DNA from: Octopus sinensis
Lineage: Eukaryota
NCBI RefSeq assembly: GCF_006345805.1
Contig: NC_043006.1
Coordinates: 8,866,001 to 8,930,000 of the forward strand
Direction: 5' to 3'
DNA length: 64,000 nucleotides
How positions within the stretch are numbered: position 1 is the stretch's first letter; every line of letters starts with the position of its first letter. The position numbers and the translations under genes are program-made. Of the stretch, positions 1 through 13,389 are shown one piece after another. The notes beneath the pieces were generated by a model. It saw nothing but the letters and a program-made list of their open reading frames with translations, had not been told where the DNA came from and did not search any database.

Positions 1-25
1 CTGCTGAAATATTGAGATATTTTTG

Positions 26-472
<447 letters not shown>

Positions 473-1370
473 TCCTGCATATTTAGGAGAAGATATTTTC
501 CTCGAGTCAAGAATTTTTCACACTCTTAAAACTACGAATATATTGGGTTGAAATGCTAATATGAAACTTGTAGAAATTTTATACTACAAATTTACGTTCA
601 AATACTCCAAGCTATAAATTAATATTATTTCTCTATGATATGCAGTTCAACCCTTTTCTGTGGCATTAATAAATATACAGCTAGAATATACTGGACTTTC
701 AGCAATTGAATATATTGCCATGTATTTTTTAATTATTTTACTGCAGCTGAAATTATTGACCATATCTATGAACAATGTAGGCGTTTCAATAAACCATTTT
801 TTTATGTTTGTAACTAGATAATCTTTTTTTATTTTCACTTTATTACACTAAAATGTTTCATCGCAGCACAATAAAGCACATACTTATATCTGAAAGCGAG
901 ACATTTTTCTAGATATAATAACCCATTTACGAGTTGATAAAATATGAAGAGTGACAATCTGCATCGACATCAAAGTTCCTATTATGTTTTCTATCAAGAT
1001 ATGTAGTCTCATTTGATTAAGGCATGACATCAACGAGTTAACCATTGGGGAAACAGGACTTCAGAATGCGGTAGGAATTAAGAGAGTCAAAATTAGATAA
1101 AAATCCGAAAGTATGAGTTTATGTCTGAGTATGTGTGTGTGTGTGTGTGTGCCTGAGTGCCAGTGTATATATGTGTGTGTATGAAGATTAGAATATTTTC
1201 CGACTACTGTGAATACTGATGAGGTAATAAATTTCGTTTTAATGACATGATAAGCAACGCTTCCGAATTGGCTTCTTTATTCTCCTGTGATATTCGTTCA
1301 CGACATCAGCGACGTTATACTGCATTATATAATATATATATATTTCTATACATACATACATATATATAAC

Positions 1371-1442
<72 letters not shown>

Positions 1443-2134
1443 GATTCAGGATATAAATATTTTTTTTTTTCCTTCGTGCTTTTGTCGACGACACGGTTAT
1501 TCTAATTGCTATCTGTATAAGTAACACTGATGCTTTAATGCTTTGTTCTATCTTGATACTACTAACATTATTATGGTTGCTATAACTATTTTTGCTGTGT
1601 CGTTATTCCCCCCCTTCGAAAATGGCTGCCCATGGCATTATTCTGCTAATTACCATGTCCAATTAGATATGCATAAGTTGCTTGTATTTCAATATTTATT
1701 CAATACTTCAGACTCTTATAATGTCTCCAATGTAAGAATTAAAAAGAGAAAGAAGAAGCAAAGAAGGAAAGAAAAAACACCAGAGTAATATAAAGCTTTC
1801 AGTGAATTATTTATGTTTTTGTTTTATGAAAGACATGGTGGTGTTTCTGGAGAACTGTATACCCAGAAGGTGATATTCTGAAGATGCAGTTTCTCATGAA
1901 TATATTGATGTCTCACCGTTCTCCTATAATTAAAGATTGTTTTTTTTTTTCCTTTGCTACAGGTTGTCTTTCATTTAAGTCACTGTTCTTTGGTATTGTG
2001 ATTATCATCATGAATAATAGCACGATGGACTTTATTGTGAAAAAAATATATATTATAAAAAAGCGTAAACTACTCTAAAGTAGGCTTCGGACTTTTCAAT
2101 CTAACGAAGAAGGAAATATATTTAGTGGTTGATA

Positions 2135-2144
2135 TACTACTACA

Positions 2145-2178
<34 letters not shown>

Positions 2179-2449
2179 ATAATAATAATAATAATAATAA
2201 TAAGAAGAAGAAGAAGAAGAAGAAGAAGGAGAAGAAGAAGAAGAAGAAGAAGAAGAAGAAGAAGAAGAAACAAAAGAAGAAGAAGAAAAAGAAGAAGAAG
2301 AAAAAACAGAAGAAGAAGAAGAAAAAGAAAAAGAAGAAGAAGAAAAAACAGAAGAAGAAGAAGAAAAAGAAAAAGAAGAAGACGAAGAAGAGGAAAAAGA
2401 CTAAAAAAGAAGAAGAAGCAGAAGAAGAAGAACAACAACAACAACAACA
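2135..2449. repeat. Compound trinucleotide array (CTA)n-(AAT)n-(AAG)n-(AAC)n
   Basis: Read directly from the sequence. It produces the L/I/R/N homopolymer ORF 2125..2682. Confidence 0.95.
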
Positions 2450-2489
2450 ATGTGGGAAAAAACGAAGGAGGTGATATACAACATGCCGC

Positions 2490-3390
2490 TATGGAGGAAA
2501 AAAAAAGAAAGGAGTATTACAGGAGAATAAGAGTCATACTGAACACTGAACGCAATTCCAAAATTCGCATCGAAACCATTGAAGACCTGTCACTTCCAGT
2601 TGTCCAATATAGTTTGAACATCATCAACTGGTATCTTAAAAAGTTCCAACGCCTGGGCAGGAAAACAAGTAAACTACTATAATCTAAGTAGATGCACCAA
2701 CCGAAAGCAGATTTTGATCGCCTGTACCTACTTAGAAGTAATACAGAAGAGGAATGATGCGGGTAGAACTGTGCTATAGGACCTCCATAATGTCAATGAA
2801 CAGGTATTCACATTCTATTATCAAGGAAGATTGTGACTAGACCCCACCTGCAAAGTCATGCACTGTTTATCTTAATATAAGATCACCAAGTCACACACAT
2901 ATGGTTGTGTTTGTCTTTAGGCGTGTAGTCATGATGGATTTAATGGGTTTCGAATGTTTTCACCCCAGTGTCACTTTTATGGCATGCGCTGTTCTCTCAC
3001 TCAATAACAGTAATGATAAATGCTATCTAATCGTTGTATCCATACCAACAGATGACAATGTTTCTCTAAAAGAGACGGAGAAACTTTCAAAATACAATGA
3101 TCTGGAAATAGAAGTAACTCGAATGTGACGTCTAACAACAGAAACCCAAGAGGCGCATTAGGTTTGGTAACAGATATTCAGACAAATACAAAACAAACAC
3201 TAGGACTCACAAATATATATAACATACGGAGAATAGAAATAATAGGCACTGCACACATCCTACACAAAATACTTTCAACAATAAAAATAAGATCATCACA
3301 ACAAACCAGAGCAAATACCCTAGGTACACGGTGCTGCTCTCTGTAGTGTAGTGAAAGCACGTGAGAAAAATAAAATAAGACTACTGAATA
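2490..3390 (+). mobile_element. Old, 5'-truncated R4/Dong-like LINE remnant
   Basis: Translates to KEYYRRIRVILNTE..LPVVQYSLNIINW and [30 protein letters not shown] (RT thumb and RLE). The 3' UTR at 3290-3390 resembles 7205-7303 and is followed by (AAT)n. Confidence 0.85.
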
Positions 3391-3409
3391 ATAATAATAA
3401 TACTACTAC

Positions 3410-3481
<72 letters not shown>

Positions 3482-6400
3482 GACCGGGGGACTTTTAAGA
3501 GTGAACACCGGGGGACTTTTAAGATGTAAGAAGGAAAATTCAGAGCTCCGAAACCTATCCACAAACATCGAAAACAAGGACATCCTATGGAGCCAAAGTT
3601 TTACTAACAAAGAAGTGGACTGTATCCGAGTAAGTAATACAAATTGAAATTTATTACTATTTTCGAAACGAAATGATGTATTTTGACTCGATATCATCTC
3701 CACCTCTAACGCAACACATGTAAACATGCGTGAAACATCACGATCATCTCCGACCCCAAACACCATGTACAAAGGAACTACGAAAAAATTAAATGCCACC
3801 GATACTATTCAACCCAAGAATAACAATCGAGCGGTACGTACATTAAACCTACAACAAAAAATGTACGAAAAACTACACGTGCGAAATAATGTGACAACAG
3901 AAATAAACGGACCGGTACCCTACGAAAATGACGACCGTCAAAATAATGGGCCGGACGTTGTACCTCATGTCCCGCAAATAAAACCCAAAAGACGTAAATG
4001 GACACGTGAGGAATACATTTCTATCTTACACGCATACTTCACAGCAGTACTCTACCCCCAAAATGAAAATACAACAACACATACATATAAAATATGGAAG
4101 GAAAATAATAGAGATTTAGACTTGGATACAGCAATGAACCCTAATAAATTAGCTAACGTACGAAGATACATTCTCACCACAAAAAAAAATATCAGAAATA
4201 GAAATAGAACACCTAAAAGAAAACATACACCAGGAAAATGTAGATAGAAGCCACACAACAATGCCCAATAATATAAACACTGGAACTGTAAAACACGAAG
4301 ACAAACGCAACATTCCCAACAAACACGATGTAAACAACGAAGGGGAGCCTAATGATTATGATAATATAAAAAATAAAATAATCAAAGAACTGAAAACCAC
4401 AGAGCTCAAAATGGACCACCGACCAAACCTCCCAAGAATCAAAATAAACGAAATAACAACACCTATTATAAACAGCATAAACCTAGCCGTCACTGAACTG
4501 ATAGCTACTGAATCAAAAAAAAGTGATATCACTGAGCTAAATAACCTAATATACGCAGCAGCCACTGCAGCCACAAAAGAAGCTGGATACTCACCCAAAC
4601 CCGCCCAAACAGGAGTACCACCACCCAAACAAACCCTGTGGATAAATAACATCCAAAGCAAAATAAAAAAAAATAGAAAAGACCTGTCGATTCTTGATGA
4701 AATCAGCAAAGAATCAACGCTACTGAGCAACAAAAAGAGAACGAAAATACTCCGCAAATATAACATAACAGAAAAAGATTTGCCTGAAATAAAAGAAAAG
4801 CTGAAGCAAGATATCCTTGCCAAAGCACAAAGGATCCGCCGGTACAAGAAACGCCAACGCTTCTTTGAAGAAAACAAAAAGTTCAACTCCAACCCCAAAA
4901 AGTTCTACCAAGAACTGGGCAAAAAGTCACCCAGGCACTGCAAAGACTAAGCAACTGGAAGGCACCTGGGCATGACAAGATCCCCAACTTCTGGTTGAAA
5001 TATCTAACAGGAATGCACAAAAAGCTGGCTGAAAACTTAACAACGTACTAGCAGAGCCAGAGACAATGCCTGAATGGCTCACGAAGGGGAAAACCATCTT
5101 AATTCCCAAATCCAATGAAACAGAAAAACCAGAAAACTACAGACCAATAACCTGCCTCCCTACTATGTTCAAGGCATTTACTGCAGTGATATCACAAAGG
5201 CTGAACAAGCACCTGGACGAAAACAAACTGTTCCCAGAAGAGCAGAAAGGATGCCGCAAAGGCTCATATGGCTGTAAAGATCAACTAATGATTAATAAAG
5301 CCATAACTGAAGACAGCCACAGAAACAAGAAAGGCCTCAGTATGGCCTGGATTGACTACAAAAAGGCGTTTGATAGCATCCCCCACACATGGATCCTCGA
5401 AACACTAGCCATTAACAAAGTAGCACCAACAATCATAAAATTCATAGAGCACTCTATGAATAAATGGCAAACAGTCCTACACCTCCAAACAAAAGAGGGA
5501 CTCATGAAAACCAAAGACATCCCCATTAGAAGAGGAATATTCCAGGGAGATACGCTCTCCCCACTCCTTTTCTGCTTGGCACTGTCACCTCTATCTGATA
5601 TGCTAAATAGAACTGGATGCGGATATAAATGTTACGGCAAAACGATCAGCCACCTTTTATATTGGATGACCTAAAACTATACGCTGCAAATGACAAACAA
5701 CTGGAAACACTATTAAAGACAGTTCATGGATTTACCAAAGAAATAGATATGAAATTGGATTAGAAAAATGCGCCAAAGTAACCATGAAAAGAGGACTAGT
5801 TAAGAGTAACAACACACATCACTAGATGAAGCAAATGAAATAAAAGAATTAGACCAAAGCCAAACTTACAAATACTTAGGAATCCATGAACTAGATAAGA
5901 CACAACACACACAAATGAAAGAGAAAATAAAAAAAGAATATTATAGACGAGTTAGATCAATACTAAACAGAGCTCAATGCTAAAAACAAGATAATAGGTA
6001 TCAACACTTTAACTGTCCCAGTTATAAGTTACAGCTACAATATCCTTAACTGGACACGAAATGAACTGACCAAAATAGACAGGAAAACAAGAAAAATAAT
6101 GACAGGATCTAGGATGCATCACCCAAAATCTGATATAGAAAGACTATATATACAACGTATAGAAGGTGGTAGAGGCCTTATACAGCTGGAAAACTACTAT
6201 AAAATAACCACCATAGGACTGCAAAAATATCTACTTCAGAAGGAAGGAAAACTGATCCAGATAGCGGCAAAACACGAGCAAAACAAAAAACTGTTCTCAG
6301 TATTTAAGGAAGCTGACAAATACAAACAAGAAATCATACCACCTAATAAACATGAAGAAGAAGAAGAAGATGAAGAACAACAAAAGCTATAAAAAAAATG

Positions 6401-7300
6401 AAATCCAAACTAAAAATAGAACAGCAACGAACCATGATAAAACGATGGCAAGAAAAGCCCCTTCATGGTAAATACTGGACTAAACTAAACGCAAAAGAAA
6501 TAGACAAAGAAAAATCCCAGCAATGGTTGAGAAGCTCAGGACTCAAAGCAGAAACAGGGATTTTTAATTGCAGCACAAGACCAAAGCCTCCCCACCAGAA
6601 ATTACCAAAGACATGTAATGAAAACAAATATTACAAGTAACTGCAGAATATGTGGAGATGGACAAGAAACAATAAATCATATCTCTAGCTGCCCAGTCCT
6701 GGCTAAGAAGGAATATATTCACAGACATGACAGAGTTGGAACTTACATACATTGGAAGCTATGCCAACATTATGGAATAACAACAGAAAAAATATGGTAT
6801 AGGCACACCAGAAAAGGTCACAGAAAACGAGAAAGCAACCATACTCTGGGATATGCCGATACACACAGAGAGAAATTAAGGCCAACAGACCAGATATAGT
6901 TGTCAGAGACCATGAAGAAAAAAAAAATGCTTTCTAATTGATGTATCAGTACCGGCAGATGACAACGTGTCTCTAAAAGAAATGGAGAAACTCTCAAAAT
7001 ACAAAGACCTGGAAATAGAGGTAACTAGAATGTGGAATCTGAAAACAGAAACAATTCCTATCATAGTAGGTGCATTAGGCATGATAAAAAATATTCAGAC
7101 AAATACATAACAAAAACACCAGGACTTACAAACACATATAACATACAGAAAATTGCACTACTAGGCACTGAACACATCCTACGCAGAACACTTTCCATAC
7201 AATAACCATCAGAGCATCACAACAAATCACAGCACATACCCAAGGCACACAGCTGCGCTCGGTAGTGAAGTGAAAGCACGCTATAAAAATAAATAAACTA

Positions 7301-7330
<30 letters not shown>
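3482..7330 (+). mobile_element. Near-full-length R4/Dong-like non-LTR retrotransposon (family A) inserted in (AAT)n
   Basis: Single-ORF layout: Myb-like N-terminus (KRRKWTREEY), RT (YRPITCL, DYKKAFDS, GIFQGDTLSPLLF, disrupted YMDD), CCHC knuckle (CRICGDGQETINHI..C) and a PD..D..K RLE. It has a 3' UTR and an (AAT)n tail, with (AAT)n also upstream. Confidence 0.93.
3726..7205 (+). pseudogene. Frameshifted RT-RLE polyprotein of the family A element
   Basis: ORF pieces 3726..4247, 4261..4950, 5066..5674, 6099..6392, 6398..6640 and 6618..6899 join through small indels and end ..ILRRTLSIQ* at 7205. Confidence 0.9.
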
Positions 7331-7334
<4 letters not shown>

Positions 7335-7408
7335 TAATAATAATAATAATAATAAATCATAATAATATATAAAAAAAATATAATAATAATAAAATAATTA
7401 TTATTATA

Positions 7409-7459
<51 letters not shown>

Positions 7460-7497
7460 TATTATTATTATTATTGTTGTTGTTGTTGTTATTATTA
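7304..7497. repeat. (AAT)n tail switching to (ATT)n/(GTT)n
   Basis: AAT run to about 7390, then an ATT/GTT run to about 7497. Confidence 0.9.
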
Positions 7498-7499
7498 TA

Positions 7500-7960
7500 T
7501 GCAAAACGCATAACATGGACTAGGGAAGATTATAGTGATATATTGAAATCTTTCTGTACAGCGCAACTAAACTCAAGTAATAACCTAATTGTACAAGCAT
7601 ATATTTGTTGCAGAAACTAGAAGCCATCGAAGTATGAAGATATATAGACGGAAATAAATTAAGTACTGTGTGTAGAAATATCATTAAAAATTAAAGGTTA
7701 TCTGACGCCGAAATTAGTAAAATTAGGACACAAATATCTCGTGGTAAGCCAAATGAAAACAGCAAAAACGAAGAAGAAATAAGTAACGGATGCACAGAAC
7801 CCGACGTACGAGCAGTACATCCCACCGAGGAAGCTGAAGAAAGAATAGCGAAGAACAGATATGCGGACAAAGAGGTGAAAATAGACCTAATTGAAGAACG
7901 CCAGAATACATATGACACAGAATTCGAGGTGAATAATAAAGGTGAAATGTCACGAAATTT
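7500..7960 (+). mobile_element. Degenerate 5' (Myb-like) fragment of another R4/Dong-like element
   Basis: Manual translation AKRITWTREDYSDILKSFCTAQLN.. and DGNKLSTVCRNIIKN*RLSDAEI matches the N-terminal domain at 3990-4200. Confidence 0.75.
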
Positions 7961-8044
7961 TATGTCAGTAAGTAATTAAATAAGAAGTAGCACTTAAGCG
8001 ATAAGAATAAAAAATATATTGCTAAAAGGAATACTGACATCTTC

Positions 8045-8165
8045 AGGCTGCGAGCTGGCAGAAACATTAATTCGCCGAGCAAAACCCTTAACGGTATTTT
8101 GCCTGTTTACATTTTGTGTTCAAATTCTGCCGAGGTAAGACTTTTCCTTTTATCCATTTGGGATC
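8045..8165 (+). mobile_element. tRNA-derived SINE family 1, 5' part
   Basis: GCGAGCTGGCAGAAAC head and GTTCAAATTCTGCCGAGG B-box region shared with 41560-41614 and 42333. Confidence 0.75.
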
Positions 8166-8424
8166 TATTCAATTTGACGAACATATTATTCAATTAATTT
8201 TTATTTTAGCTTAACACTTTGAAACTTCCGATACTGGTACAATGTGTCACATACAACAGCGTGTACTCTTAACGTTTTTGAAAAAAATTTGTGTGTTAGA
8301 AGTTATTTCGTTAGAAGTTACAGTGACAATGGGCAAATTCGTGTTTGATAAGTGCCCATACACGGAACTCTCAGCTTTTGACTAATTCTCTAAAATCTGC
8401 TGATGATATGTATACATAGTATAC

Positions 8425-8650
8425 ATATATGTGTGAAACGATCTCATCACGCAATCAGACCAATGAAAGCGCATCTACCTGGTCGCTCGACTCGCTAAAA
8501 AGAACAGCCAATGTTCTCCCTACCTAAATCACACGCCCATTGTACGTAATGTCCTACATTATCCCTAAATAGAAGGTTTGCTGAGAACTAGAGTGTATTT
8601 GATGATCGGTTTATTGTATCAGGGTTGATTTAAGGCTTAATAACAACATT
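8425..8650 (+). mobile_element. Degenerate SINE-like 3' segment
   Basis: GCATCTACCTGGTCGCTCGAC..CAGCCAA..AAATCACAC body with a short AAC-type tail. Recognised from memory only; there is no second copy in the window. Confidence 0.4.
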
Positions 8651-8964
8651 ATGGTAAATCTCTTTATTAACACTGGCACGATTTTCACGAAGAAAAAAGA
8701 GAAAAAAAAATGGATTGATTGCGTGGAATCAAGTGCCCTGACCTCCTAATAGCTGTAAATCCCTTATTTTGCTTCGGAAAAATGGCGTTGAGTAGGGGGT
8801 AGCAGGTCCCACTCCCCGGAATCATTGGAATTTTTTTCCATTAAAGGAATTCCGATGATCTAATATGGTACAAATATTTTTGTGGATGGGTAATATCAAA
8901 TAATTCAATATCAACATGTTTAAATTAAACATGAAAAAAATTGAAATTTTATCACTTACATTCT

Positions 8965-9202
8965 TTTTATTCTTTTATTCTTTTACTTGTTTCAGTCATT
9001 TTTGACTGCGGCCATGCTGGAGCACCGCCTTTAGTCTAGCAACTCGACCCCGGGACTTATTCTTTTGTAAGTCCAGTACTTATTCTATCGATCTCTTTTG
9101 CCGAACCGCTAAGTTACGGGGACATAAACACACCAGCATCGGTTGTCAAGCAATGCTAGGGGGACAAACACACACATACAAACACACACACGCATATATA
9201 TA

Positions 9203-9280
<78 letters not shown>

Positions 9281-9445
9281 TACGACGGGCCTCTTTCAGT
9301 TTCCGTCTACCAAATCCACTCACAAGGCTTTGGTCGACCCGAGGCTATAGTAGAAAACACTTGCCCAAGGTGTCACGCAGGAGGACTGAACCCGAAACCA
9401 TTTGGTTGGTAAACAAGCTACTTACCACACAGCCACTCCTGCGCC
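8965..9445 (-). mobile_element. tRNA-derived SINE family 2 with internal (CA)n(TA)n
   Basis: Minus-strand head GGCGCAGGAGTGGCTGTGTGGTAAG (A box) and GGTTCAG B box. Near-identical to three other copies. Confidence 0.92.
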
Positions 9446-10069
9446 TGGGAAAATTGAAATATTATCTTTCAGTATTTTATAATCTAAAATCTTAAAGTAT
9501 TAATTCACACATTATTATTTCATAACAGCAATGCTTGGAAAATCATGGATAACATAGAAAACCGCAAACATGAGTTCAAGTTATTACACCTGTGAAAGTA
9601 AAGCACAAACTATTACTTCAAGTAAAATAAAGAATAGGACATTTTTTACTTAAAGAAATATTGCAGCTACAATTAAAACTAGAATATTAAAAATTATTTT
9701 ATTATAGTTTACAAAGAACACTATACTTATTTAAGTAGAATTTGGCTAATTTTCTACCTTAAATATAGAAACAATCGACTAATTAGAAAAAATACAAATT
9801 AGCTGAAACGTTTTCCACAATAAATTTAAAAGATGACAATTGTAAAGAGTGATAAGTTAGAACTGTCATTCTTTGCTGCAATATTTCAAGTAAAAAGGTT
9901 TCTTTTTCTTTACTTTATTTGAAGTAAAGTCTGCCCTGTGCTTTTACAATTGTAATAACTTGTCCTGAACATTTCCAGGTTTATAATCTTAAGAATATTA
10001 CATTTCATGCTCGCATTTTTCCATATAAGATAGTAAAGCTTCGTATATTATTAATCCTGCTAATGCAAA

Positions 10070-10170
10070 AATCTGGCAGAAAACTTAGAACAGAATGCTC
10101 AGCGGTATTTCGTCTTTCCTCAGATTCTGAGTTCAATTTCCACCGCGATCGATTTTGCCTTTCACCCTAT
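10070..10170 (+). mobile_element. Degenerate SINE family 1 fragment
   Basis: CTGGCAGAAA..AGCGGTATTTCGTCT..TCTGAGTTCAA..TTTGCCTTTCA. Confidence 0.65.
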
Positions 10171-10865
10171 GTAATTGAGTTTCATCCGATATAATCCACT
10201 TACCATATTATTTTATAATTGTTGACCTGGTCCCATAATGTGTAAGCGATATTATTACTCATGCCGTAATTAGTTTTGTGTGTCAGTAGTTTAAACATAA
10301 TTAAAAAACAGTATCTAATATTATATATAATTTTAACAATGATTTCCTTCTTACATTTCACTTCCACTAGATATATCTATTTCCAAGCCTTTAAGCTTTT
10401 ATTTTAATCCATGGTCTATATTTTCCTTTACTAATTTTCTGTTTATTTCTTTCCTTTACCCATTCTCATTCTATAGGCTACTTTTGACGTTATATCTTCT
10501 AATGGTTTAAAAAAAAAAACCCTTAATAGCGTTCTGTTAATCATTATACACATCCATCACAAGGCCGTTAAATGTCTTATTGATGTGTTTGGTTTCTTTC
10601 TTTCCTCGATGAGACGATTACATTAATTTATACCATTTTATTTCTTTACAATAATATCAATGTTGTCTTCGAAACATACGTCGGAAGTAAAAGAATTTAA
10701 ATAACACCTGCGTTTAACTCCATTTATTTATTTATATATATATGTATGTATGCATGTATACATATATATGCGTGTGTATGTGTATATTGACATATATTTA
10801 CATATGTATACACTTATACATATATGTACATACAATCGTGGGTAGTTGTGCGTCCGTGTGTGTGT

Positions 10866-10896
<31 letters not shown>

Positions 10897-11639
10897 CGCG
10901 TAGTTCCATGCATATCTATACAGCATTTTTCACAAGATTAAATAAAAAATTAGAATATTTAGTTTTAGATGTTTCATGCTTTGCATATAAGCATTTATCG
11001 AATGTTGATACACCATTTCAAACGAGCTTTTCCACCATAAGTCGCCTGGCTTGTTTCCACATAATTAAGCACGAAATCAATTTGGATTCAAATTTTAAGG
11101 ACTAATTAATTTTTAGTTAATGCTTGTAATAAGATTATTCTAAATAGCAATGAACTCCTTTTGCTACTATTTACTGCATTCTAAATATCTGCTACTCTCG
11201 AATAATGCAAGGGAAAATTGTTCAAAATATTGAAACATATCAATGTAATGAATACATACTTTTACTCTGAAAATAATTTGGATTAAGAAATACGTTCCTA
11301 AATAAGTTTAATTATTTCTATATTGATTGCAAGCATTTATATCAGACAATATTTTCTTGAGAATTGGGTCTGGTACGAATACAATACATTTTTAAAACTA
11401 TTAATGAAATCTGTTCTTTTAAATACGTTTAATTCAATGTTGCATTCAATATTTTACTGCAAGTAAACATGAAATATATATGAAAATTTTAGAGCATATC
11501 GCACTATGCTGTGAAAAAGTATTTCTAAAATTATTGATATATTTTCGTTACCACTAGTTCGTCCGTAATACTGGTTTGAAATTTCAGCACAAGGTCAACA
11601 TGTTCCGTGGTAGGTGTATGTCTACTAATATTTAAAGCG

Positions 11640-12005
11640 TTTAGCTGGCGGGTGTTCTAATTTCAAACTCTGCCGAGTCTACCTGGCCTTTCGACATTTT
11701 GGGTTCAATAAAATATATATCTGGTATCGATATAATCGACTTACATCTTCCCCCGTATTTTCTGCCCCTGTGCAAAAATTTGAAATCAATATTTTCAAAA
11801 GCTAAGGCAGCGTGCTTGTAGAATCTTTTAGAATACTTCACAGCTTTTCCTCTAACTCCACGCTCTCTGCTCAAACTCAGATGAGGTACACTTCGACTTT
11901 CAGCCATTCGGGTTTGACAAATTAAGTACCAGCCTGGGACTGAGGGTCGATGTAATCGTCTTAAATCTTCCTCCGAAATTGTTGTCTTTGTGACAAAATT
12001 CGAAA
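11640..12005 (+). mobile_element. Two degenerate SINE family 1 bodies
   Basis: Two diverged copies of the TCAAA..CCGAGGTCGACTTTGCC..AAGTACCAG..TCGATGTAATCG motif series. Confidence 0.6.
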
Positions 12006-12075
12006 TCAATATTAATATAACATATCCAACATACTGCATTTTAAAACAATATCAGCTAAAACAATATTAATTTAC

Positions 12076-12123
12076 ATAATGTGTTGAGTAGTCAGGTACA
12101 CCATACTTCAATGTATCAAATAT
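12076..12123 (-). CDS. Candidate orphan coding exon (IFDTLKYGVPDYSTHY)
   Basis: TTTCTTTGCAG acceptor, 48-nt open phase 0-0 frame, GTAAAT donor. No recognisable homology. Confidence 0.25.
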
Positions 12124-12519
12124 CTGCAAAGAAATTGCTTTAGCTTCTATACTTGTAAAATGACCTACACCAATAGGTGCAATTGTTGTATAAAAGTAGT
12201 TTTATCTCAAGACAAAAGTGAACAAAAAAGATTGCATATAAATTTAGTCTGTATTGCGAACAAAGCAGCAATCATGGCTAGAAAATTTTATTATCGACAA
12301 TAATTGAATGAAAATGATTATTGGCAAATGTTTTTGTGATAAGAAAAATATGTAAGTAGCGTATAAATCTTGGTTAAATAAGCAGTTGTGAATATTAAGC
12401 TGTCAAATTCACATATATCATGTTGTTAGAAGTGCGGCAATTTATTAACAGAACTCATAAAGAAATATATCTCTTTTTTTCGGAAAGTATACGTACTCTC
12501 CTTCTGTCTAACACTCACA

Positions 12520-12637
12520 TCTATGTATGTATGTATGTACGTATGTATATATGTATTTTTGTATGTATGTATGTGTTTGTATGTATATATCTATGTATGT
12601 GTTTGTGTGTATATATGTGTGTATGTATGTATATATG

Positions 12638-12668
<31 letters not shown>

Positions 12669-12854
12669 ATATATATATGCATATATGTATATGTTTGTGT
12701 GTATATATGTGTGTACGTATGTATGTAATGTATGCACTTATGCATGCATGCATGTATGCTTGTATATATATATGTATGTATGTAGGTATGTAGGTAGGTA
12801 GATAAATAAGTAGATGAATAAATAAATAGATAGCTAGATAGATAGGAAGATAGG

Positions 12855-12922
<68 letters not shown>

Positions 12923-12940
12923 CAGATAGATAGATTGATA
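12520..12940. repeat. (TATG)n/(TA)n/(ATAG)n microsatellite block
   Basis: Read directly from the sequence. Confidence 0.9.
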
Positions 12941-13389
12941 TATGATAGGGTAATATGTAGGCCTATATGCATTGTATGCAAGTATGAGTAAAATATACAT
13001 GGTAGCAGACAACACTGACATTTATTTAGGACAGAAAAAGAAATGTTTAAATAGAATTTGCCAGTGTGTCCTTAGTCCTTAGTGTCTGACACATTTTAGC
13101 TTATTGCTTGCACATAAATATCTGTTGTCGCTTAACTGTAATTCATCACTTGTTTCCAATCTATTGTAACATCATTGAAGGCGCAAAAGTGTTCTTGTCA
13201 TTGTAGTTTGGAATTACGTGGAACATCGGATGCTTATGCTATCAGGTGTTTTCGTTGGCTACAAGCGCGCAAGCACCCCTCCCCCGCACGTACACAAATA
13301 TATTAATAAAAATAGCTAGGCGCAATATAATACCATAAAGAAAACATTTTATCGTCACCAATTGTGTCTGAGGGTACCGAAGTACCTAT

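Noticed and set aside
1262-1330. FRIG.. and IFVHDISDVILH resembling the ceramide synthase Lag1 motif
   Set aside because: The two parts are in different frames with the wrong spacing, there are no usable splice sites, and the frame runs into a TA repeat.
7950-8050. Minus-strand CTGAAGA-TGTCAGTA..TACTGACAT hairpin as a hammerhead
   Set aside because: It is followed by AAAA rather than GAAA, and no stem I or stem III is present.
11641-12039. 132-aa minus-strand ORF as a gene
   Set aside because: It is the antisense reading of degenerate SINE bodies.
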